NCBI RefSeq assembly: GCF_000485595.1
Contig: NW_014577062.1
Coordinates: 125,887-189,886 of the forward strand
DNA from: Priapulus caudatus
Lineage: Eukaryota
DNA length: 64,000 bases
Direction: 5' to 3'
Shown here: positions 31,712-52,176 of the stretch, piece by piece
Position numbering within the stretch: the first letter of the stretch is position 1
Layout: each line of letters starts with the position of its first letter
Translations under genes and position numbers: made by a program
Notes under the pieces: generated by a model
Database searches by the model: none
What the model was told of the DNA's origin: nothing
The model's input: only the letters and a program-made list of their open reading frames with translations

Positions 31712-33468
31712 TTACTTCAGCGTTGATATTCTTACTCTACAAGTGCAACCGCTAGGAACAAATATGTAATCGGAGAAGGGAATGTCCTGTATAGGATCAA
31801 AAACCATGAGTTGCTCCAGTCTGTAGTCTAGTTGGCATCGTCCTTTCACCAGGTTGCAAGTGTTGCTGCTGTAATATAAGTAGAGAAACAATTTACTAAA
31901 TTAAAGCAATAGGTAATGCAATGTCGGTCATTTCTAAGATATTAAATAACGCAAGTAGCAAAAGGATGCTACGCCGACCGGTGCTTCGCAGAAAGCGAAG
32001 GAGCTAAGTGTATGTGCGCGTTTAAGTGCAAGTGTAGGAGTATGTGCGCTCGTTGGTTTCAGTTTCACACCTGCAGTGTATAATTTCAACGCACTGCTCC
32101 AACGTTGGCATTTGCACGATGACCCTGAACTCTCCATTTGGATTGTAGCCAAAGAGCGGCTTTGATAGTCTTCGAGTGATGTTACATACTGGCACTGGAG
32201 CATCGATGCAACTATACGAATAAAAACAGATCGGTTAGCAATTTACAGTAATGGTATATTCATCAACTTCTCTAATCTTGTGTAATCCTTGCACAACACT
32301 CTACACCTATACTCCCCCACGCATTCTTTCGCCCCCGCTCTCTCTCTCGCTCTGATTCTTTCGCATCAATTGAACAGATCTTGTAAGCTAAGCTTATGCC
32401 ATGCTTCTTTTTCATATTATAATGTTAAGTTAAGTTAATAAAGTAAAGTTAATATTATAATTATAAGATAAGTTATAATGTTAATTAATGTTATAATTTA
32501 TATAATATTATAAGACGCTTCATGCAGGCAGCATATCGTCATCTGCGATACGAGAATGAAATTCGAAATATTTTTTCAATGAGAGGTGACTGGCGTTGCT
32601 GATACTATTTCCGTATGAACCTGTACTGTGGCGACACCTTACGGAGGAACACGCAATTAAAACGATGAAGATGAGGGGCGAAGAAACTAGTCGTATAAAC
32701 CTTATAATCATCACAAACGCGTTCATGGCTGTTTTTATGTATATTATTCTCGTGAGATTCACGCACCTATCTTTGGGGCAAGTTCCTATTTGGCGCTTCC
32801 TTCTAAGTAGTCCAGTTGTAGGATCAAATAGTTTGTCTGTCACCACTGTATTGTCGCACGTCAACACCGGCACTCCGCTGAAGTTAAAGCTTCTGGTGAT
32901 CGCATCCCTGCAATTTCATCGGTGAAGACGGCAAAAAACACGATTTATAAACGTCAACGCTACGTTCGCTATTGACATATAAATGCATTAATGATGCAGT
33001 ATGTCGTATAGAGCGATAAATCATACCCCCACTTGATTAGTTCGTTTTATATGACGTCAAAAATACGCGTTCTCGCGAATCGAGTCTGCAGATAAAGATA
33101 TGCAAATACACTCACAATGCAGCTGTACGAATCTGCGGGGAAGCATCCTGACTAAATTGCTCTTCCAGGCCCAGATCCTTAAGTTGTAATATCCGGTTCA
33201 TGTCAACCCGTTTGGAGGTTATGTATTCCCTCAACACAACGTTAGATGCGGCTCCGCCGTTAGGCAGGAATGATATACCAACGACGATACTTATGTAGGC
33301 GATCTAAAAATAATGCGAATACTGATTAGCTCACGAAAATACACATAACACACCCAATATAAACTGGTATCTAAATAGAGTAGCAATAGATTTACTACCT
33401 CAGTAGCGCGCGTTTACTACGCATGATATCAAGAAATTAATTAATTGACGTACAATGGAAGAGAACAT
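31712..33468 (-). CDS. Spaetzle/neurotrophin-like secreted cystine-knot precursor B, 213 aa
   Basis: Exons 33468-33454, 33303-33116, 32907-32767, 32211-32071, 31868-31712; 642 nt in frame, intron phases 0,2,2,2. Signal peptide MFSSIIAYISIVVGISFLPNGGA, furin site RRKR, domain C..P...RVIVQ...EQCVEIIHC..C...C.LDY...VPSGCTC. Confidence 0.85.
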
Positions 33469-34334
33469 CTTCTTCGGGTTGTTATCCAAGCTTCTCTGCT
33501 ACTGTCCGAATGACAATCTTGCTGCGTCGTACCTACAAACGATGCAGTCAATGTTTAAAAAGTGAAAGGTCGAACCATCTGTAATCACCGTGGCTGTGGT
33601 GGCGTGCTGCCAGAAGACGCACATAGTGATCGCGCTGTGTCTACGCCAGTGTTAACGATGCGAAGACGAGGTCACGACTTCTTGTAAAAGGTTAGCGCTC
33701 GAATGTGTATTGAATATGTCTAAATGCTATCGTCTGTTACAGATTGTTCCGCAGTTCATTACCACATTTCACGCGGTTCACTGCGTATAATATATCCTGC
33801 CACTCGGAAAGACACTTGCGTCGCGCACACGGAGTGTTTACACGATTCGTAACAATTCGAAATATGCTAGCGCGCGGTTACGTCGACCCACCACTGTCAA
33901 CAGCAAGGCAGCGAAAGTGTCTTACCTTATTCTGAAGATCTCACCGTGAGTACTGCGGCATGCGTTGCGTCTCTTACGGTTTCCAGGTGACAGAATCCAC
34001 GCGAAACGACTACGAGCAGCGAATTGGGCGCGCCGGTGTGATGTTGTGCACCTCGCTCACTCGGCGGGAATGGAAAGTGTTCAGTGAGCCCGCCTCGCCG
34101 TGTCCCCCCCCCCTGCGCCAGAGCCGGATACGTAGGTACCTGCTGGCGATTCGCAACGCCCGACCGACTTCACCACTTGGTCAACAGCCCTGTTCGTTGA
34201 ACCCGCCGCGATTGCTATAGTGAATAGTCGTCAGTGATAGTGCTCACGATAGCCGAAGTGAGAATCATTTCCATCAAATCCGTTATTTATATTAATGTGT
34301 ATGATGTGTTTACTGTGGCAAGGTGGGCGGCGTC

Positions 34335-34340
34335 TTTATA
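34335..34340 (-). promoter_or_regulatory. Candidate TATA box for Spaetzle-like gene B
   Basis: CCTATAAAG on minus strand; downstream donor at 33925 and acceptor at 33533 suggest a non-coding first exon. Confidence 0.4.
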
Positions 34341-35514
34341 GGAGGAATTAGTTTCTGATGACATCGAGTAGTGTCAATTTCCTGTTCAGTGACTGCATTT
34401 TTCTTAGGCTTACGTTGTTGCTGGATTAGTGGCAACAGGCACTGATATAGACTACTCTGCTACGTTAGAGGAAGCTATTTCCGGCAGGGGTTTCCCTATA
34501 TTCAGCATAATAGAACAAACAAACAGTGTAAAACACTCCAATAAGCTTTATAAACATCGTCCTAGGTTCAGGCATGCTGTCGCTGGAGCGTGTTCGAGTT
34601 TCGAGCAAATCCTCCGACTACAACCCCCCCCCCCTCCCGTGTCTTAATAGTGGGTGTCTGTGCAATCACTCGCTACAGCTGATGTCAACGACACAGATAA
34701 GTGACCAGTTTCATCTTCCTGATTCGAAAACCATAGTGTGTTGACTTTCTCCGCAGGCCAGGTTATGTTATGTTACGCGCCCTACCAAACAGGTTTGTGA
34801 TTGTTACTTTCTGCTACATATCCAACATTTACTGCGCGCAAAATGCAAGTAATGACAAGAAAACATCACGTTAAGCAGAAAATATTTTATTGAATACATT
34901 GTGAAATTATACACTCGCTTTACGAATATCTTCTGTGCCACTATATTTTTTATTAATATTGATTAAATATAGATTCGTGTACTATTTTATGTATAACGAT
35001 ATATGAAGGTTTAGTCCATTCCAAATATCACAGTTGGCTAATAAGGTGTGGTGTCACAATGTGGACAGACGCGGACTCATTCCTATGTGATTTGTCGTGA
35101 TTTTTTTGCAACGGCTCATTCTTGTATCGATCCGCGTTTGTCTCATTATAGTTCAGGCCATAGTTTACTTTTTTATATTTTTTTTATCACAACTGAAATT
35201 ATAAATTAAACGCATAGGCACATAATGATGCACCCTACAAAAAATATTCATCATTGTATGTATTATAAGTATAATATGAGTTTATGTAACTGGGAATCTA
35301 CGACGAGAAATTCATGTGAATGGCACCGACCGCTCTCGCACGCATGCACAGACTACAGAGAGACACAGGCGAGCAGTAACGAAGCGTGATAGAGACGTGT
35401 TAGGGTTCTTTATCATCCACATACGAACACCCTCCTCGTTCATCCTCACGCAAATCCGACAACTACTCTCCGCACCCGACGAGTTCGCGGTATCAAGTGC
35501 CCGGCGGCACGCAC

Positions 35515-35825
35515 CCCGCACGCATGCACACTGAACGCACGCTCGTTGCACGCATGCACACTGCACGCACGTACACTGCACGCGCACGCACGCACGCTGA
35601 ACACGCACGCACGCTGAACACGCACGCACGCTGAACACGCACACATGCTGCACGGCGCACGCACGCACGCTGAACACGCATGTACACTGCACGCACACAC
35701 GCTGCACGCACGCACGCTGAACACGCACGCACGCTGAACACGCACGTACACTGCACGCACACACGCTGCCCGCACGCACGCTGAACACGCACACACGCTG
35801 CACGCACGCACGCTGCACGCACGCG
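35515..35825. repeat. Complex GCAC/ACGC minisatellite immediately 3' of Spaetzle-like gene A stop
   Basis: gcacgcacgctgaacac-type units; similar tract at 29650-29790. Confidence 0.9.
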
Positions 35826-35855
35826 GGGCCGCTGGCTGTCACGACTAGACACGCG

Positions 35856-38800
35856 TTACGTTGGCGGGAAGATGGTCGCTCGGCAAGCGCAGCCGGTCGG
35901 GATGAGGAACGTACTGAGCACGCACTTGTCGCTAGGCGGCAGGATGATGATCAGACTCTGCTCCCTGTACTCCTGCGTGCAGTTTCCGTGCACGAGGTTG
36001 CAGCTGCTCGACCTGTGAGTGAAATAGAGAGTCGACACAAGTACAGTGTAGACACCGTAATGCTGAAATAACTACTATCGACGTAGATATGAAGATAGCC
36101 AGCGTGGTGTGTGACATATGGCACTCCTTCGGTGTTTGAGTGTTATTAAAAATAATATAATCATCGCTACAATCATCATTATTCGGTCATTATTAGGGCT
36201 GTAAACGCAGGTGAATGCACGTGTAATATCGCGCACGCAGTCAACTAAAACTAACTATACGCAATCTCATGAACGACCGGATGTCTGGGGCATAGGTTAC
36301 GCAAATGATGGTGATCTCCACTTCTTCTAACCCGCAACGTGTCAACGAGATACGAATGGAAGGCTATTTACATGTCAATTCGTGACCATGCGCAGTGGTC
36401 TGCTTGCTCAGCCGCAACGACACGGGAGCACCTTGAACATTCGACTGACCAACACATCAACGTCGCGCAAACCATTGTCCATTATACTTTAACGACCACG
36501 ACAATTCTAGTCGCCACCGGTTAGACGAGTCACGGGACAATATTTTACTACCATCACTGAATGCTTTGGATATTAAAAGAGGATTTCAGATTGTAACTAC
36601 ATCGTCTACCCTTGGTTGTTACGCCGGATGACGTAGTGGCTACGTACCCTGAGGCGATGGTTCCCAAAGTTATTACAAAGACAAGCCCAGACAAAGGCAG
36701 AGTAGGGAATGGGCCAGGAAAACATCGGGACTCGAAATCAGGCGTAGGACGGCGCAGTCAGCCGTTTGTAATGACAGCCAACTGCGTACAACCAGAATAC
36801 CGGCAATATAAGCGAGCTGACGTCAGAGGACCGGACAGACACACAGACAGACACGCAGGCAGATAGAGAGGCAGGCCGGCAGGCCGATGGATGAATGGAT
36901 AGATGGACGGACGGATGGATGGATGGATGGAAGAATAGATGGATGAATGGATGGATGAATGAATGAATGAATGAATGAATGAATGAATGAATGAATGAAT
37001 GAATGAATGAATGAACGAATAAATGAATGGTTGGATGGATTAATGGTTGGATAGATGTATTGATCGATACTTACTGACAGATTGTTTGCACGACTGGTTG
37101 TTCAAAGATACCAGGTATATTCAGTATTCTTTGGGTGCTTCCAAATATGTCTTCGAGATGTGTTGGAAACTTTGTACGTGTCGTGCTTTCACACATGGCT
37201 ATTGGTGGCTCGATACATCTAATTAAAAAAATTCAGAATTGCATATTATAAGACCACAACGCAACGCCGCAGGGTGGAGTTCGATTACACATTTAAAGGT
37301 AGGGGCACACGAGCGATTTTTATCGCCCGATCGCCGCGAATTTCAAAATACACGCATACCCGATGACCATGGCTTGTGGAATGTCATGACAAATGTAATA
37401 CTTTTGTCGCCGATTTTGACAGTTATGCTAGGGGCACACGAGCGATTTTTATCGCCCGATCGCGGCGATTAAAATTGCCAGCGAATTTAATCGCCCGATC
37501 ACGAAGGGGCACACGTAGCGAATTTAATCGCCCGATCACGAAGGGGCACACGTAGCGATTTTTATCGCCCGATCACGAAGGGGCACACGTGACGTAGCGA
37601 ATTTGAGAGCGTACGCGTACGCCACTCGACAGAACATTTAACATCACATGATAACAACAACACGTCCGATTGGTTTAGAAAAATCGATCGGGCGACAAAA
37701 TACGCCGGTCACGGGCACACGAGCGATAATAATCGCCCGGCGTAAATAATCGCCCGGCGTAAATAATCGCCCGAAAATATCTAACATTTTGGATACGGGC
37801 GATTCGGTCGGCCGATTAAAATCGGCGTCGACGTGAAGGGGCACACGAGCGATTTTTTCGAGCGATTTTGAAATTCGCGGCGATCGGGCGATAAAAATCG
37901 CTCGTGTGCCCTTACCTTTAACGAATGTAAATTTTTCTTTTTGTTTTAAAGTGATTACGTCACCATAAATAGTAAAAAAATGTCACAAAATACAAGTAAT
38001 TCTGTTCACTTTTTATGGTTAAATTGCTGCATTATATTTCTTATTTTACTATATTGTTCGATGTGAACATACACTCGTGACGCATACATAGCCCATAGCA
38101 AGCAATTAATGTCAGGAACACTAATATCAAATCGACCAGGTTTTTTGGATTTTTAACTAGTTGTGAAACAATCTTATCAGGTAAGAGTTTGACGATACGT
38201 TTAGTCCCGTTAGTTCTTACTTTGAATGTAAAAAATGGCAACAAAACAGTTACATATTTCACCATAGAAAATTCGTGACGTAGTCAATTTAATTAAGTTT
38301 TTACGAATACGTCGCTGATCTCATCACACCGGAAGGAATCAAAGAACAAGCACATACTGGACGGCAACCTGCTGAGCGAGCGACTTTCCTACGCGTAACA
38401 TCACTCAATTCGGTAAAACCAGCGCTGGTTCCATACAGCTCGAGACGACCTTATATAAGATTTGACACATTTCGTAAGGTATCGTAACGAGATTCGGATC
38501 AGATTTGCGCTAATTGTATACGTACGATGAGCAGTCGTCGACAACCTGTCGTCTGTCGCGCACGTGATCCTGTCGCACGGCGTCCGCGCGTAGGATGTCT
38601 TCCAGCGAGAACCCAGCTTCTCTCTTACCCCTGAGAAACGCCGACTCCGACGGCTGCAGCTGCATGGTGTGCTTGGACAGGCCTAACGATACCAATGTCA
38701 GATCGTGCCTGTATGCCAATATAGACGAGACATGACGAGACGATTATCATGACAACATAGGATGGAAACAGATAAATAACATCGTTTCGTTTAGTCAACG

Positions 38801-40013
38801 ATAGACGAAGAACATATTCTCTATAGCATCCAAGTATAGACGACCCTCTGCTTTTAAACAATCTCAATTCTGAACACGCGTATGCAGTTTAGGCTTCTTA
38901 CATATTTTCGGTGCCTTCGACGCTTGATTTTCGGTGAGTCAGCAAACTGAGTACAACCACGTAACAAAACCACACCTGGAAAGATAGCGCCAGTAAAAAT
39001 AACAATCCCGAACCAAGACTGGACCGGACGTGGCGGCACGAGACTATAAAACATCGACATAATCACAATCATCGCATCAGGAGTCTATCAATAGTCTATT
39101 GATAGACTCCTGATCGCATCGACAATAATAACCGCGACTACAATGACGACGATGACGACGTAACGTCGAATACGTATAAAACATGGCACCCGGGCGCACA
39201 CACATGCTCACACACGAACTTGCTGCGCGTTGGTTGTTTCGGTGGCTTAATTTGCACTTGCATAGCTTGCAATGTAACACGCGAAGACAAATATATGCGA
39301 TATATACTATCATCCTCTTTAACGCCGATGGCTGGTATACACAAGCCTTGAAGCAACCACTCTATAACCCAACAAAGTTATGACAGATTTTTATTACTTA
39401 CCATACACAATCTCGTGATTGCCATTTTGCTAGAAACTACCAGCTCGATCACCCTAAATGTTCTTCAAGTAAAAGTCGGTGAAAACACGAATGAAGAGGG
39501 CTAGATGGGAGCTTGCATTATGATCTATTTCGCCGACGTGCTAATAGGTGTCCGCGTTTGAGGCTGGCACCACCGCTTGCAGAGCGAGCACACACAAACA
39601 CACACACACACACACGCACACTGCAAACGGGAAATACTCTCACAGTACGAGATATTCAAGTTCACTTTCGCGTCAAAATGCGGCAACGCACGCTCGCTCG
39701 CCTATTGCGGTGATGTGGCGAACCGTGAACAGACACAGCCTCCGGCTACATTTCCCCGTAATTGTACACGCTATTGGTTGCACGGGTTCATGCGTGTGTG
39801 GCGCGGAAGAGGTGAGCGCGACGGGGTGCGCGTGGGTGTGACCTCTCTAGCTCATCATGATCACCTTGTTTGCACAGATCACGAGGCATCACGTATTTAC
39901 TCGGTTTGTACACACGCTACCTGCGCTACGCAGTCCGCAGACGCAATGCACGTACGGAAATTAAAATGCAAGTGCAGTATCTTAGTACTTACCGGAGAAC
40001 TAACGTATAACAT
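35856..40013 (-). CDS. Spaetzle/neurotrophin-like secreted cystine-knot precursor A, 192 aa
   Basis: Exons 40013-39993, 38975-38902, 38708-38526, 37218-37075, 36012-35856; 579 nt in frame, intron phases 0,2,2,2. Signal peptide MLYVSSPVWFCYVVVLSLL, basic sites RGKR and RDRR, domain CES....P...RILN....EQPVVQTIC..C...CTQEY...IPTGCAC. Confidence 0.85.
36888..37040. repeat. (GGAT)n/(GAAT)n microsatellite
   Basis: Direct reading. Confidence 0.95.
37297..37917. mobile_element. TTAA-flanked MITE with ~55-bp TIRs and internal TIR-derived repeats
   Basis: AGGTAGGGGCACACGAGCGATTTTTATCGCCCGATCGCCGCGAATTTCAAAAT and its reverse complement; internal ggggcacacg...atcgcccgatc copies. Confidence 0.88.
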
Positions 40014-40178
40014 TACGACGCCGACATTGTCGCCACGCCGGCCTTAAAGTCGTAATCGGGGTGAACTGGAGGGAGTAACGACCCGAGAGATCAAAGAGCA
40101 CGACTGCTCCATTCATGGTCTCCCGCCCAGCGGCGAAATGGTGGAAGCCCCTCAGTATAACAGGAGGTCCATTGTAGG

Positions 40179-40184
40179 TTTATA
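40179..40184 (-). promoter_or_regulatory. Candidate TATA box for Spaetzle-like gene A
   Basis: GTTATAAACC on minus strand about 170 bp upstream of the ATG. Confidence 0.45.
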
Positions 40185-41707
40185 ACTCGCGTGCGCCGCC
40201 AGCCCCGCCCGAACTGCAATCACGACTCTCGTTTCCAAAGTAAATCTAAATGCCTTTCGGCTGCGCGCGGAAATGTACGAGTTCCTATGCACAGAAAAAC
40301 GGCACCGAATTACACTACCCAGACAACCACAAGTCTATGGTGATTCTAAAAGGGAACCCAAATACCTCTGAAAATGCCTGGGAATACGTAGTACGTTGAA
40401 AATCTACCCAGCAAGCTAACGAAAATGTGTACGCGCAGTTTTACCCGGATGGTTTGCCACACTACAACTCGTATTAAGATGGACTCGCAGTAACAAGAGA
40501 AAAAATATAATTCAGTAACAAATGTATTAAAATAGCAATTAAATTTCATACAAGGCATTAAATCTACATGGAACACGGCAGCGTCTACGTAAACACACGC
40601 ACAGCCTGATGCGCGCGAGTAAGCACAGAGAAGTAATATAAGAAAGCCAAGCAATGAATGAGTTGGCAGTTGGCACGTTTGCACAGTCACGTTTCTTTCA
40701 CACAATGACATCTTTATGGTTTCTGACCATTTTTCTATAATAGAAAGAATTACAAAATTGCATTTTTTAATACAATGATTGTCAGGCATGATATTACACC
40801 ATTAAAAATAAACTGGAAAACAGACTCGGGGGATCCAGGGATCGAAGTCCCTGTAAAAGCCCATGGATCTTCAGCATTTCAAATGTTTTGCTAATGCTTT
40901 ATTGCGGTTAACATTGTCTGAGGTTATGGACGCTAAAGCGCCGAGCTGCTTATGTAGGTTACGTTAAATGTGTATATTTGTTCCATGTCGATCGTACATA
41001 TCAAATAACACCCCTTTACCAAATTTAGGCACCTAATTTATAACGATCTCGAGGTAGGCCTGTTTAGAAGACAACAACAGGATATTCAAATTAAAATGGC
41101 TAAATATCATGCTTTATCATCACTATTACTAATATTATTATTGTTATTATTTTAGTTATTCAATTAAAAACTAATGTGGTTATACACAGTTCTCTAGTGA
41201 CAATCGCACCATGTACCATGTACGCATGTGCACTACGCATACCATCGCACCATGTACGCTCACTTTACTTTATGTTGACATAACATTCGCATATAATATG
41301 CAATGGCAAAAACGTAGCTAAAATGTTATCACAGCAATTTCCCATGCAACTATTACTACATGTCCATTTAAAAATCATGTTTTGTATAACATATATCAAC
41401 CCGTATATATTTAAAACAACTTTTAAATCTATTTAAAATATACCTCAAAATAGCTTCTAGATTTCATTTCCACACAATTAAAATTATTACTAGTGACTAT
41501 TAGTACTAGTACTCTAGTCTATTGGTGTACATCTTGCATGATGTAAGCAACAGAAAAGTATGTGATACTTGTATAACATAAATACAATCAATGACATGCT
41601 TCACATTAAGGTGTGATTTTCTGTATGTCGGCACCTGACAACGTACGTTACTTCCGATCTATAAAACTTCATATAAACGTTGCCATGCTGCTCGGTGCAC
41701 ATTGTTG

Positions 41708-50820
<9,113 letters not shown>

Positions 50821-51043
50821 GTTTTCTTTGCTATATCTCCGTATCCCACTGGTTTCTGGTTATACTTATAGCCCCCCCCCCCACTATGAACATTTGGGGT
50901 ATAGTGTATCGTTGTATCCTGTTGAACACAAAAATATAGCATCTCCAGGTTATTAAAGATGAAAGAAAATGACATCTTTATAGCACCTTACACATCATCA
51001 GCTCGTGGTGAAATACGAAGTTGTTTTTGTCAAATACATATAA

Positions 51044-52135
51044 AACTAGAAAGGGCAGTTGTCGCCAACTACATGTTTCCCCCGTGATCTAGTATGAATG
51101 AAATATATCTGTAAAGACGTAGAAGGTAGGTAAAGTTAAATAAGTTACAAAAACAAAGGTTTGTTACACAACTCATCTGCCTGAGATGTGCAAGTATGTT
51201 AAAATTGGTTGCCTTAGGGGTTTTGGTACGCAACACACCTTCTCCCCAAGATATGTAAGTATACGAAGTTTGCTCGCACTAGGTCAATTAGGGGCCGAGT
51301 TATAGAGCAGAAGAAAAATATGATAAAGGTCAAGGTCAAGGTCAATGTCAAATAAACATAAAGGTTGCAGTGACCTGGTTTCGGTACGCGACACACCTTC
51401 TCCCCAAGATGTGTAAGTATACCAAGCCTGGTCCTGCTAGGTCAATTAGGGGCTGAGTTATAGAGCAGAAGGAAAATATGATCAAGGTCAATGTCAAGGT
51501 CAAATAAAAGCCACAGTGACGTGGTTTTGGTACGCGACACACATTCTCCCCAAGATGTGTAAGTATACCAAGTTTGGTAGCGCTAGGTAAATTAGAGGCC
51601 GAGTTATAGAGCGGAAGGGAAATATGATCAAAGTCAATGTCAAGGTCAAATAAAGGTTGCAGTGACCTGGTTTTAGTACGCAACACACCTTCTCCCCAAG
51701 ATGTGTAAGTATACAAAGTTTGGTAGCGCTAGGTAGGGGCCGAGTTATTGAGCGGAAGAGAAATATGATCAAGGTCAAGGTAAAGGTCAAATAAAGGATG
51801 TAGTGACCTGGCTTTGGTACGCTGCGCACCTTCTCCCCAAGATGTGTAAGTATACCAAGTTTGGTAGCGCTAGGTCAATTAGGGGCCGAGTTATAGAGCG
51901 GAAGTGAAATATGATCAAGGTCAATGTCAAGGTCAAATAAAGGTCGGAGTGACCTGGTTTTGGTATGCGACATACCTTCTCCCCAAGATGTGTAAATATA
52001 CCAAGTTTGGCCACGCTAGGTCAATTATGGGTCGAGTTATAGCGCAGAAGGAAAAGTGTCTGTGGTGGTGGCGGTGGCTGGACAGACATGAAACCATAAT
52101 ATCCCCGCCAACTTTGTCGCGGGGGATACAATAAT
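51044..52135 (-). mobile_element. Non-autonomous Helitron/Helentron carrying a ~146-bp tandem array (6 copies)
   Basis: Minus-strand end with hairpin agttg-gcga-caact then CTAG; opposite end hairpin ccccgc...gcgggg; ccccaagat recurs at 51244, 51402, 51548, 51694, 51835, 51981. Confidence 0.75.
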
Positions 52136-52176
52136 ACTAATGCTAAAAAATGCTATATATGATACTGTAGCGGTAC

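Noticed and set aside
38629..39072. Alternative N-terminus for Spaetzle-like A (MIVIMSMF...KRRRHRKY / ARSDIG...SQG using donor 38628)
   Set aside because: Also joins in frame, but the chosen frame gives a better signal peptide, the LGL motif, a furin site plus Cys, and intron phases matching paralogue B.
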